From positions 1-51,376 of the forward strand of contig CAMWPJ010000001.1 of the NCBI GenBank assembly GCA_947176035.1: a stretch of 51,376 nucleotides of DNA. The letters run 5' to 3'. Source of the DNA: an uncultured Clostridia bacterium. GTDB taxonomy: Bacteria > Bacillota > Clostridia > Oscillospirales > Acutalibacteraceae. A program made the translations under genes and the position numbers. Position 1 is the stretch's first letter; each line of letters begins with the position of its first letter. Below the pieces are notes generated by a model. It was not told the origin of the DNA. It saw nothing but the letters and a program-made list of their open reading frames with translations, and searched no databases. Below, in pieces: positions 10,601 through 18,823 of this stretch.

Positions 10601-11244
10601 AATTGCCTAATATCACTTGCTAAACCACTGACGGCTGAACTACCTGAAATTGTTTCAAGTTTGGCGGTCATGCTCTCGAGTTCTTCTGCATTCGCTGAGC
10701 ATTCTTTAAAACCGTCCGCAATTGCCTTTAAACCAGTTACAATACCTGCTGAGGCGATTACTTGGTCTAAATCACCGATTGCCGTCTTTGATTTATCTCC
10801 AAATCCTTCGGTTTCTTCACTTGTCCTTTCGACTTCTTCACCGAGACCCTCAACATCATCAGTTGTATTCTTAGCAGCTTCGCCCATATCTTCCACGGCA
10901 TCTGCCGCCTCTGCTGCTGCAGATTTGATTTTTAAGCCTTGTTCAACAAGTTCCTCATCAGTATTCATCATTTCAAGAGCCTCTTTATTATAATTAGAGG
11001 CTGCGTCGGTCCACTCTAATGTGGAATCTCGCATTTCTTTTAATGATGTGCCTGCGGCATTACAGCTCTTCTCAATCGAATCAAGGTCAGATTGAGAAAC
11101 AACTTTGCCAAGTTTTTCATAGGCGGTAGATGCACTGCCTGAACCTTGCTGAATTTCACCAAGTGCAGCCTTACCAGCAGCGCCCATAGTGTTAAATCGG
11201 TCACTTACTCGGTCAACAAGTTCAATCGTTGCTTTTAAAGACAT
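7654..11244 (-). CDS. Tail tape measure protein
   Basis: 1196 aa Ala-rich helical protein with TP901-type core, central hydrophobic segments and HASGT...AGEAGPEL motif. Confidence 0.95.
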   Translation of the reverse strand: MSLKATIELVDRVSDRFNTMGAAGKAALGEIQQGSGSASTAYEKLGKVVSQSDLDSIEKSCNAAGTSLKEMRDSTLEWTDAASNYNKEALEMMNTDEELVEQGLKIKSAAAEAADAVEDMGEAAKNTTDDVEGLGEEVERTSEETEGFGDKSKTAIGDLDQVIASAGIVTGLKAIADGFKECSANAEELESMTAKLETISGSSAVSGLASDIRQLSSDTGKYASDLTDVAYNAISAGTAVEESVNMAKTSSNLATAGFTNEASALSVLETAMNSYGDQIKSVSDVSDSLITVQNLGVTTVDQLAANMGKAISTAAAYNVSLGNVESGYISITKAGISTAEGTTYLSGMLNELGNTGSEIGKVLKEETGQSFGQLMNEGQSLADVLGVVYDRVGRNSEAMINMFGSQEAGKAAMAIINQGLDQFNNNLEAVENSTGATASAYAIMADTTEFAHNRMNNSAKNLSIVIGDQLNSSLKDVYSVTADIFDMVGSGLEKAPAVTAIITGATVGVAALTIGVTAYNTVTKYGTVVQTAFNAAMNANPIFWIVPVITGVVTAAGVLINVMKDANEEYNSLTAASKEQYNELQSLQSQYDEVAAAEGETSDKAVELATNIEIATGKFEASRMTLEEWHQTVDNAIQKHDDLIDSCNELTKSQAVGDYTISQLTDKYSALAGKSELTLAEQTELGVVVDLLNSKVEGLGLTFDKTTGKTNKSAEDIKKYYDTIKQSAYVDAAKKQYEDFYNALGENMLEEEQAKTQLEAAQRAYDEAEAAYAEHVQNMTDTGQSAGIIDLSHWAMTHSAKKELEEAQEAYDKLVNISADYEAQIEDIQNKLAGTADTIESTSYTIESAFNQVVTSTTSEVMELIDAYNEAYEAAYDSIDGQIGLFDKMQTKSELSTSQMQTNLQSQIDYLNTYTENLSKAAELGFSDSLISSLSDGTEQSAGYLNALVSQAESLGKKGPEAATEFVEGFNSKMEQVESAKEKWSTQVGKMETDFDEKMDGIQSRMDQAVSDMEMSGEAASAAKKTIDAYIANIKSGVFGATSAATAVAQATTAALNSGGAASPKLPGHASGTTYGESAYIAGEAGPELILDKQGSTVFPHSETMKIVEAVGDMYYDAPPTELLPYYTAPVVNTSTPVQSTEKTIHIEINSSGKMSFSGNVDKEQIVEVMQNNLKDVLLNIVSEEIAEEGDGSYEY

Positions 11245-11260
11245 CTAACCACCTCACTTC

Positions 11261-11428
11261 CTATGCAGACTCATTATGTCTTTTTTGGGCGATTATTTCT
11301 TCAGAGGCAATATATAAACTTTTCAGCCTTGAGGGCATTCTAAAAAAGTCCTCAAAACGCAAACCGTGATTTTGCCACAGAAGGTGTGCCCAATAAGTTT
11401 CAGAGCCAGCATAGTTAATTAGTTTTTT
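11261..11428 (-). CDS. -1 frameshift extension of the tail chaperone (gpGT analogue, XkzB-like); absent from the ORF track
   Basis: GCA AAA AAC TAA slippery heptamer; -1 frame reads KLINYAGSETYWAHLLWQNHGLRFEDFFRMPSRLKSLYIASEEIIAQKRHNESA*. Confidence 0.85.
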   Translation of the reverse strand, partial: KKLINYAGSETYWAHLLWQNHGLRFEDFFRMPSRLKSLYIASEEIIAQKRHNESA

Positions 11429-11916
11429 GCCTTTTCAAGATCACTTTCGGTTTCTTCAACAATTTCGCCGTCTCTTTCATAACCGTGTAAAATATCAAAA
11501 GCCTTAACTACATAAGCAAGGTCATCAGGGCGAGGAAATACCTTTAAAGGCATTTCAATAGCATTAAGGCAGTTATAATGATTTAACAACGCCGTATCTT
11601 TCAAATTCGGATAAACGAGAGATTCAACAAGCATTTCCTGCATTGCTGACTGACCGTCGTATGTTTCGTCAACTGCAACAGTACCATTTGAAAGAACAAT
11701 AGGACGTTTTGTTTTATCATCCTTAACAATTGTTCTCTTGTGCCAATGCTTTCTGATTTCACGAATTTCCTCCTCAGGAAGAATGCGGAATACCAACTGC
11801 AGACGATTGCCGTCCTTATCAACAAATCTTTTAGGGGCAGGATATGTAGCCTCTGTTGGTGTTGTGTCGTGCATAAAATATGAAAGGTTAAGACTTGCAT
11901 CATTTGTTTTACTCAT
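11419..11916 (-). CDS. Tail assembly chaperone XkdN-like (gpG analogue)
   Basis: RFVDKDG, LVESLVYPNLKD..L motifs; ends EKAKN at a slippery site. Confidence 0.9.
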   Translation of the reverse strand: MSKTNDASLNLSYFMHDTTPTEATYPAPKRFVDKDGNRLQLVFRILPEEEIREIRKHWHKRTIVKDDKTKRPIVLSNGTVAVDETYDGQSAMQEMLVESLVYPNLKDTALLNHYNCLNAIEMPLKVFPRPDDLAYVVKAFDILHGYERDGEIVEETESDLEKAKN

Positions 11917-11939
11917 TTTGATAATCTCCTTAATATTAA

Positions 11940-11966
11940 AAATTAAAGCCGGTCATAAGACCGGCT
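11940..11966 (-). terminator. Terminator-like hairpin after the tail tube gene
   Basis: AGCCGGTC-N4-GACCGGCT (11947-11966) followed by TTAATTTT on the minus strand. Confidence 0.65.
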
Positions 11967-11979
11967 ATTTGTTTATAAT

Positions 11980-12429
11980 TTAGCTGAAATTAACATCAAA
12001 TGCGTTGAAGTTGAGTTCGTCGTCAAGAACATCGCCCTCTGCCTCCAAACTCAACAGGGTTAAATCGCCTGTTAAAACGCATCCTACTGCAGTAACAGTT
12101 TCTGAACCATTATTTTCATAATAGTCAGAATCCTTATCACTCTGTACACCCTGAATAGTGAATTCAGGAGTTTTACCACTTTTCAAATACTCCTGTAAAA
12201 TCTTTCTTGCCCAAGGCGTTTTTCTGCGACGTTTAATAGTGCCATCGTACGTAACGTTCTTTGTTCTTGAAGAACGTTTACCCCTTGAACCTATTGTCTT
12301 TCCAGTCCAAGTATCAAAATGCGCCATAATTTTAGCATTTACACCATCGTAGATTTTTACGCCATCAATATAGATTTCTCCCTCTGTAAGAAGTATAGGT
12401 CTGTCGTTATATCTTTTGTTTTTAGGCAT
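11980..12429 (-). CDS. Tail tube protein XkdM-like
   Basis: EGEIYIDG, YLKSGKTPEFTIQG...D..S, follows the sheath gene. Confidence 0.9.
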   Translation of the reverse strand: MPKNKRYNDRPILLTEGEIYIDGVKIYDGVNAKIMAHFDTWTGKTIGSRGKRSSRTKNVTYDGTIKRRRKTPWARKILQEYLKSGKTPEFTIQGVQSDKDSDYYENNGSETVTAVGCVLTGDLTLLSLEAEGDVLDDELNFNAFDVNFS

Positions 12430-12443
12430 TGATTACACCTCCT

Positions 12444-13814
12444 TTAATTTGTTGAAACGTTATAATAAAACTTATCAATACTGTCAACAGGCTGAACACC
12501 GAGATTGATAACTGCCGAATCACCAGAGGAAGCAGTTCTATCCACAAGAAAATCGCCATCTTCAACATTTTTAATTGCACCTCTTCGTGCAAAATCCGCC
12601 AAGATTGAGGCACCAAGACCATCAACCATATCGTATCCTTCCTCAGTACCATCAATTTCGGCAATACGAATCTCAGCCTTAATTCTGTCTGTGATTGCAT
12701 CAAAAGTACGGATCACACGATTTTTCTTATAACTATCATCCTGCGTTTCCGAAGGATTTTCCAGCGTATTGATGTCATACTCAATAACAACCTCTCCATC
12801 CTCAGAAAGTGTAAATATAAAAGCACCTATTTTCAGAGCTTCTTCTACAATTTCGTGGCTGAACAAATTATCATTATCAAAACCTGTGGCACCGGGATAA
12901 ACTTTATTTGTATTACTCGTAAGCTCATCCGACGCGGCAGAAAGGGCGGCAACAAAGGCTGTTGCTTGTCCGACTGTGAGTTGTTTTTTGTCAACAATAG
13001 GAGCATTAGCAACAGCAATAATACCTATGTAGTTGATGTGCTCAATGTATGGCATAACTCCTATAATCGTTTTGCCGACATTCTCTCTGATATATTTAAT
13101 CTTGGAAATGAATGCAACTGCAAGTTCTTCAAATGAATCACTCTCCGTATTCAAAGGAAGACAAACACTATCAAACTGTGTATTGTCAAGAGAGTCGAGA
13201 AAAGCAGTAAAATCACCATTGCTTGCTTTGCAATCCTCACCTTTAGTCAATGCAACACCTGCAATTTCAGTTGGAGTAGTTTCAGCACTACTCTCAGCCG
13301 CTGTAAATTCAACAAAAGGACAATCAATTTTGGTAATGTCTGAAATCTTTGTACAGTCAGTGTACTCATATTTGAGCTCATTTTTATAATAAACTGAAAC
13401 ATCATATTTTTCAGTTACTACATTTTTGGATACAGCAAAACGAATTTCATTACCACAGGTACCAGCGTATTTTGCAGTTGCTGTAACGCCACCGCCTGAA
13501 CCTGTTGCCTTTGTTCCTCCTAAACCTACAATATAAACCTTAACGTGTGAGCAGGCTTTAAAAGCCTCTCGGATTAAAAGCATATTATCGTTATCGTCAG
13601 CAATATCAAATCCCAAAACTTCTGAAATAGAATTTATATTGTCAGTTGTCACATCAATGTATGTTCTGATTGGTCCATAAGAATGTCCGATGAAAGGCAC
13701 TACTGTAATACCATCATCTTTGGAAATTTCAACATTTTTTCTGCTTTTAAAATTAAAATAAACACCAGGACGCACCTTTGGTTTGCCTGGTATGAATGTA
13801 CCACTTCCAGCCAT
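12444..13814 (-). CDS. Tail sheath protein XkdK-like (contractile tail)
   Basis: GTF....KVRPGVYFNF, TAKYAGTCGN, IEYDINTL...KNRVIRTFD, QPVDSIDKFY. Confidence 0.95.
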   Translation of the reverse strand: MAGSGTFIPGKPKVRPGVYFNFKSRKNVEISKDDGITVVPFIGHSYGPIRTYIDVTTDNINSISEVLGFDIADDNDNMLLIREAFKACSHVKVYIVGLGGTKATGSGGGVTATAKYAGTCGNEIRFAVSKNVVTEKYDVSVYYKNELKYEYTDCTKISDITKIDCPFVEFTAAESSAETTPTEIAGVALTKGEDCKASNGDFTAFLDSLDNTQFDSVCLPLNTESDSFEELAVAFISKIKYIRENVGKTIIGVMPYIEHINYIGIIAVANAPIVDKKQLTVGQATAFVAALSAASDELTSNTNKVYPGATGFDNDNLFSHEIVEEALKIGAFIFTLSEDGEVVIEYDINTLENPSETQDDSYKKNRVIRTFDAITDRIKAEIRIAEIDGTEEGYDMVDGLGASILADFARRGAIKNVEDGDFLVDRTASSGDSAVINLGVQPVDSIDKFYYNVSTN

Positions 13815-14023
13815 TACTCGTTACCTCCTTTTCTTATCGGCTGTTCAAGCCAGCCTTTTATTTTTTCTTTGATTTCATTGACGGTAAAATCACCATTTAA
13901 ATCTTTAGTGGCACCGTCAAAAGTTGAAGAAGAAACCTTAAAAAGTTTCACGCAGTTTATTCTCAACACTTCAAGAGAAAACTTACTTTCTTCGTTGCTT
14001 GTTTCTGTTTTAGCCTTAGCCAT
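13814..14023 (-). CDS. YqzN/YkzM-like small virion protein
   Basis: KFSLEVLR...KLF.V...F.GA......T..E....I..WL pattern; synteny before the sheath gene. Confidence 0.75.
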   Translation of the reverse strand: MAKAKTETSNEESKFSLEVLRINCVKLFKVSSSTFDGATKDLNGDFTVNEIKEKIKGWLEQPIRKGGNE

Positions 14024-14036
14024 AATATATAGCCTC

Positions 14037-14579
14037 CTAAACTATTAAAATATTGTCGGAATCATCAGCCAACAAGACACCATTATCGTCAACAAGATAC
14101 TGTGTAATCTGGCCGTTTGCAGAAAGGTTTACCTTGACATCAGATACACCGACAGGCTCAATGCCAATATCTGAATAATGGTTTCTTTCTTCCCAAGTTA
14201 AAGCAATTTGGTAAACAGCACCGTCTAACTGCTTAATCTCAGGTGGCTTTATACGAATGCGTTTATTACCATTAGCTGTTCCATCTTCATTTAAAACAGG
14301 TACATAAAAACGATTGCTGCACAAATCCATTTGAATCTGTGCAGCAACTTCGTAAGCCTCCTCAGTTGAGTTAGCCATTATTTTTACATACCAGGAATAT
14401 ACAAGAAGGAATGACGATAATGTATCGTTAAAACTGTTTACAAGAGGATTTGGGAAGTAAATAGCAGGCATCTTTAATTGTTCTGGCATCTGATGAAATA
14501 TTGGATTTAACGAAACAACTTTAGAGCCTGATTTATGCAGAAAATTCGCAATAGATGCTAAATATTTATCCTTAACCAT
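14037..14579 (-). CDS. Tail terminator XkdJ-like
   Basis: MPEQLKMPAIYFPNP, YSWYVKI, VPVLNEDG; synteny. Confidence 0.75.
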   Translation of the reverse strand: MVKDKYLASIANFLHKSGSKVVSLNPIFHQMPEQLKMPAIYFPNPLVNSFNDTLSSFLLVYSWYVKIMANSTEEAYEVAAQIQMDLCSNRFYVPVLNEDGTANGNKRIRIKPPEIKQLDGAVYQIALTWEERNHYSDIGIEPVGVSDVKVNLSANGQITQYLVDDNGVLLADDSDNILIV

Positions 14580-14583
14580 TTTG

Positions 14584-15114
14584 TTATCCTCCTAAAAACT
14601 TAGCCAGATAAGATTGAATCCAATTATCTAACCATTTTTCAACATATTTAGGTATAAGTTTTTCCATTATTTTTAACGCTGTATCAAAATAATGTGAACC
14701 TTCAACCCATTGTTGCTTTAGATACATTCCTGTTTTGACATTTGGAGTATATTCAAATTTATCCCCATTCCAAGAACCAGGTATCCAACGTCCAAGTTCA
14801 CCTTTTTTGTTGGTCCAATGTCCGTCATTAACAAAACCTGCATAATCAAGTTCAGAGCCGATTTCAAGAGTAATACTGTAACTGCTATTACCAAGTACCC
14901 ATATATTACCTTTTTCACTTTTTGTAAAACTGTTAATCAAGGCACCTGTATCAAAGTTTTCATTGTTGATTATTTCATCCTGAATAACATCTAAAAATTC
15001 AATACCTAATGCTTCAATAAATTGTTCTAAATCCTTTTTGAATGAGGTGTCAGCAGATGATAATTTTTCTACAAACTCTTGCCATTCCCCGAAATCAATT
15101 ACTAAATCAGCCAT
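14584..15114 (-). CDS. HK97 gp10-family tail completion protein (XkdI-like)
   Basis: DTGALINSF, LEIGSELDYAGFVNDGH, WIPG.W, GSHYF. Confidence 0.88.
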   Translation of the reverse strand: MADLVIDFGEWQEFVEKLSSADTSFKKDLEQFIEALGIEFLDVIQDEIINNENFDTGALINSFTKSEKGNIWVLGNSSYSITLEIGSELDYAGFVNDGHWTNKKGELGRWIPGSWNGDKFEYTPNVKTGMYLKQQWVEGSHYFDTALKIMEKLIPKYVEKWLDNWIQSYLAKFLGG

Positions 15115-15479
15115 TAAAGCACCGCCTGTCTTGCAGTTCTTGTTAAAACAACTGTCTTATGATGTCCTTTGATATTGTTTGGCAGTGTTGCTGTATATTC
15201 AAGACCTGTATCACAATCAATAACCTTATCATTTGTACGAATATCGGTATCAATCGGAAGGGACAGTTTCCTTGTTATCATCAAATTGTTGTCAGGTTCT
15301 TTCTGAGTAAGAGAAACAGCGTTGGATTTATTATGAAAATGGCAACGTTGATTTTTGATGTCGGGAGTATCAGGATACTTAAATTTAGTATCACTTTCGC
15401 TGAAACCATATCCAATTTGCTCTTTTTCCATAGCAATATGATAAATATTGCATCTATGGTTAAAAAAATCTTCAAACAT
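15114..15479 (-). CDS. Head closure protein XkdH/DUF3599-like
   Basis: HRCNIYH, FKYPDTPDI, DIRTNDKV, IKGHH. Confidence 0.85.
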   Translation of the reverse strand: MFEDFFNHRCNIYHIAMEKEQIGYGFSESDTKFKYPDTPDIKNQRCHFHNKSNAVSLTQKEPDNNLMITRKLSLPIDTDIRTNDKVIDCDTGLEYTATLPNNIKGHHKTVVLTRTARQAVL

Positions 15480-15491
15480 AATAAACACCTC

Positions 15492-15890
15492 TTAGAGTTT
15501 TCTCATTCTCATAGTAACTCTGCCCTTTGGATTCGGATTAACCCATTCATCAAGAAGTGATGGCAAATCAAGGTCACTTATATTAAGAATCGTGCTTTCA
15601 GTTGTGTAAGAATAATCGTCAAATGTTTCACTTTTCATTTGTTTTGTACGTTCAACTGCATTATGTGCATACAGTTCGGCCAAAATGATTACTGCATTTT
15701 TCACAGCCTTTGGCAACTCTGAATAATCTTCAAACTTTGTATGAGTATAATCAATCACATATTGCTCTGCGCGTGATATATCAATAGCGAGTTTTTTATC
15801 CGTTCTTTTCTGAACAGACTCAAACTCGCTATAATCTCTTACTTCCTCTGGCGTTACCCAAGGTCTTTCAAGTTTTTTGTTTTCAGACAT
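15492..15890 (-). CDS. Head-tail adaptor DUF3199/YqbG-like
   Basis: VTPEEVRDYSEF, DISRAEQYV, KSETFDDYSYT, MRMRKL terminus. Confidence 0.85.
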   Translation of the reverse strand: MSENKKLERPWVTPEEVRDYSEFESVQKRTDKKLAIDISRAEQYVIDYTHTKFEDYSELPKAVKNAVIILAELYAHNAVERTKQMKSETFDDYSYTTESTILNISDLDLPSLLDEWVNPNPKGRVTMRMRKL

Positions 15891-15902
15891 ATTCAGGACC
15901 TC

Positions 15903-16253
15903 TTAAGAATTGAAGAGGTCGTCAATTGTGCCATCCTCATTAGCCAAAGCAGCCTCAATAATAGCAATGCGTTCATCCTGATTTTTGCAAGAAGAAACAT
16001 CAATGTTATGTTCGTTGGCAAAAGCAATAAGGTCGTCCTTATTCAGTTTTTTCCAATCCTTGCTTTCACCATCATTGATTTTACCAGTCTTTTCATCAGG
16101 AATATTTTCTGAACGCTCAACAATCTTGAAATAGCCTGTTTCAACAGCAGCAAGAGCAGTTTCTTCATTATCAACGGTTACGTATGGATTTTTGGAAGTA
16201 GCCGATACAATGCCACTATAAGAAAGTCCTTTAATAAGTTTTAACTTAAACAT
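15903..16253 (-). CDS. YqbF-like head-associated protein with C-terminal HeH-type domain
   Basis: LKLIKGLSYSG N-terminus; KLNKDDLIAFANEHNIDV...ERI helical motif. Confidence 0.65.
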   Translation of the reverse strand: MFKLKLIKGLSYSGIVSATSKNPYVTVDNEETALAAVETGYFKIVERSENIPDEKTGKINDGESKDWKKLNKDDLIAFANEHNIDVSSCKNQDERIAIIEAALANEDGTIDDLFNS

Positions 16254-16267
16254 TATTGTACCTCCGA

Positions 16268-17197
16268 TTATTTAAGACCTGTGATAATTCCACAAGCGTC
16301 AGATTCCTCTATAATGAAATCGGCATCAAAATGAACAACATAAAAACGCTTATCTTCCATAACTGCAGTTTTACCTTCGGTAGTTTTTCTGAGTTTCATT
16401 GAATATGAATTACAAACAACAAGATTTTTTGGATCACAAAGAAGAATTTTATCGTTTGCAAGAGAAGAACAACTGATGGTTGGAATTGATGCAGGATTTT
16501 GGAAGACACCCTCAGATACAATACCGCCGTGCTGAATCATCTGCTCAAATAAATATTTTTCCCATTCCTGCTTACGACGAGGAGACATAATCCAGCGAAG
16601 GTCACCATTATTATACTTATTTGGAATCTGTTCCAGCATATCATAATAAACACCAATACCCATCATGCCATTGTTTTTAGATGAACGGTCTTCAACATGC
16701 GCACCATTCATCATCTGCTTAATCCAGCCGTCATTAAGTTTTAAGAACTTGTAATCTGGATCAGTGCTCGGAGTATCTTCATCGCCGTTAAGAGCAAGGT
16801 CTTCAGTGTCAGCACCAACCTGAGCAGTCATAAGATCTGTTATTGTTTTTTCAATTGCTTCACCCTCAATGTTTTCTCTCAATGTTTCCTCAGTGAGTTC
16901 CCAAGGAAGTCTTACAGGCATACAAGCATATTTAATCGCCGATGTATTTACGCCTGCTCTGTAGCCGTCATCAACGCCTTCTGTTTTTTCTCTTAAAATA
17001 CGTTTTGAAATACCGATTTTATCAATTTCACCAGTACGTTCAATTTTCATTTGGTGACGAACAAGTTTCAAAAGGTTCTGCTGTTCAAAAGACTGCTTAA
17101 GAAATTTTTTAGCCTGATATGGTGATAAAAGGCCAGCATTTTTCATTGAACCTGTGTTGATTGCATCTTTTACAATCGCTCTATTGCTAATAGCCAT
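16268..17197 (-). CDS. Major capsid protein (XkdG-like, HK97 fold)
   Basis: GLLSPYQAKKF, EIDKIGI..RILR, WELTEETLRENIEG, DGWIK. Confidence 0.93.
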   Translation of the reverse strand: MAISNRAIVKDAINTGSMKNAGLLSPYQAKKFLKQSFEQQNLLKLVRHQMKIERTGEIDKIGISKRILREKTEGVDDGYRAGVNTSAIKYACMPVRLPWELTEETLRENIEGEAIEKTITDLMTAQVGADTEDLALNGDEDTPSTDPDYKFLKLNDGWIKQMMNGAHVEDRSSKNNGMMGIGVYYDMLEQIPNKYNNGDLRWIMSPRRKQEWEKYLFEQMIQHGGIVSEGVFQNPASIPTISCSSLANDKILLCDPKNLVVCNSYSMKLRKTTEGKTAVMEDKRFYVVHFDADFIIEESDACGIITGLK

Positions 17198-17233
17198 AGT
17201 TTAAATTCCTCCTAAAATAAAAATTAGCCGATA

Positions 17234-18439
17234 TTAAAACATACCAGCCATATAATGTGGTTCGCCCTGTGATTTGGTTACAGGCTCACCGTTTAAGTTC
17301 TGTGAAATACCTCTCTGTGCAAGAATAGGAGCCATTGCCTTTGCAACAGCATCTGTAACTGTCTGTTCAAGGTTTTCAGCCGTTACCTCTGTTGGTTTTG
17401 TCTCAGGCTCCATAGCCTTTTTAACAGCATCCTCAACCATTTTAGTAATGGTGTCAGTAGTTATCGGCTCTGTTGCCGGTGCTGCGGCAGGCTGTGTAGT
17501 CTGAGGTGTTAAAGCCTTTGCGATTGAATCATCAATCATTTTCTGAATGTCTTTTGCGTCCATATCTGTTTCCTCCGTTTCTTCGGTATCCTTAAGGAGT
17601 TTACCGAGTGATTCATAAGCATTTTTGAGTTTTTCTCTGTTAGAAGAGCTGATTTTTTTGCCCGCCTTTTCGACAGGCTCAAGAGCTTTAATAATGCTTT
17701 GCTCTGTAAGCAGTTTTGTAACAATGTCATTGAAATCCTGAAGAGCCTCTCTGATTTTGCTTTCATCAGTTTCATATCCGCCATAATAAGGACATAAAAC
17801 ATCCTGAAGGGTACAAAATGCAGTATCAAACAAATGGCGTTTTGAGCGTTTTTCAAAATTGTCCGCCACTATACCTTTTGAAATCGTATCAACACCGAGA
17901 AACTTAGCGATTTTCTGCAATAAGGTTTGCTTTTCAACAATTTCATCGTCTGTGTCGGAATATTTACCTACACCGCCCATTGAAAAACCTGTGATTTCAC
18001 CCTTTTCAATAGAATCCCAAACATCTGTATCTGTGATTTCCATAGTCATTAACCAAGTACCTTTCTTGATTTCAGCATCACCGATTTTACAGTCAGATTT
18101 TTCAATCCAACTTTCAACAACATTTGCACCCTCGCATTTTACGAATGTGTGCTGCAAATCAACCTTGTTGCTGTTTTTAGCATACCAATAGGCAGCCTTT
18201 TGGATTTCATCAGCTGTCATATAATTGCCGTGTGCATCTTCTGCCATAGGCTCATATACAATTCCTGTAACATAATGAGATTCTTTATCGGTCTTAACAA
18301 TCTTTCCATAAGTTGAGAAGTCAGCCTGCCCGTTTTTTGCCTTTGTTATAAGAAACTGCTTTTTGTTTGCAGCCTTATTAACCAAAGATACAAAACTGAT
18401 TTTTGCATCAGTAATAGCAATTGCCTTTTGAATATTCAT
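17234..18439 (-). CDS. XkdF-like prohead serine protease fused to a scaffold region
   Basis: FVSLVNKAANKKQF, GIVYEP...DAHG, KGTW, GEITGFSMGG; repetitive acidic C-terminus; RBS GGAGGTG before ATG 18439. Confidence 0.9.
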   Translation of the reverse strand: MNIQKAIAITDAKISFVSLVNKAANKKQFLITKAKNGQADFSTYGKIVKTDKESHYVTGIVYEPMAEDAHGNYMTADEIQKAAYWYAKNSNKVDLQHTFVKCEGANVVESWIEKSDCKIGDAEIKKGTWLMTMEITDTDVWDSIEKGEITGFSMGGVGKYSDTDDEIVEKQTLLQKIAKFLGVDTISKGIVADNFEKRSKRHLFDTAFCTLQDVLCPYYGGYETDESKIREALQDFNDIVTKLLTEQSIIKALEPVEKAGKKISSSNREKLKNAYESLGKLLKDTEETEETDMDAKDIQKMIDDSIAKALTPQTTQPAAAPATEPITTDTITKMVEDAVKKAMEPETKPTEVTAENLEQTVTDAVAKAMAPILAQRGISQNLNGEPVTKSQGEPHYMAGMF

Positions 18440-18460
18440 TGTTTTCACCTCCCTTCGCTG

Positions 18461-18553
18461 AAATAAAAAAAGCGACCGATTACTCAGCCGCTCGGCGCAA
18501 TCAAAAGATTGCAATAAAAAAAGCCAATATGCAGTTACCTACACATTGGCTTT
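18461..18553 (-). terminator. Tandem intrinsic terminators downstream of the immunity gene
   Basis: AAAGCCAATGTGTAG-GTAA-CTGCATATTGGCTTT+TTTTATT (18520-18553) and AGCGGCTGA-GTAA-TCGGTCGCT+TTTTTTATTT (18471-18492). Confidence 0.8.
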
Positions 18554-18565
18554 AATTAACATTAT

Positions 18566-18823
18566 TTAATTGTTTTTGTGACGTTTTATAAAAAGTTCTT
18601 CTATTCTTTCACTTGGGAATTTTTCAATAATTTCTTCGTAGATTTCTTCAATCCAATAGAAAATATCATCGTCAATAGAAGACAGATAATTATAGATATC
18701 ATCTTCATCATCTCCAAGAGCTGCCATAAGTTCATCCCATTTATACATTGTACTCATATCATCATAAACTGGAATCTGCTTTCTCTCTTCAATGATTATA
18801 TTTATTTGTTCAATGTTAATCAA
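18566..18823 (-). CDS. Putative immunity protein for the MuF-EndoU toxin
   Basis: Small, very acidic, helical; RBS GGAGGTG and TTG start overlapping the toxin TGA (TTGA coupling). Confidence 0.72.
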   Translation of the reverse strand: MINIEQINIIIEERKQIPVYDDMSTMYKWDELMAALGDDEDDIYNYLSSIDDDIFYWIEEIYEEIIEKFPSERIEELFIKRHKNN

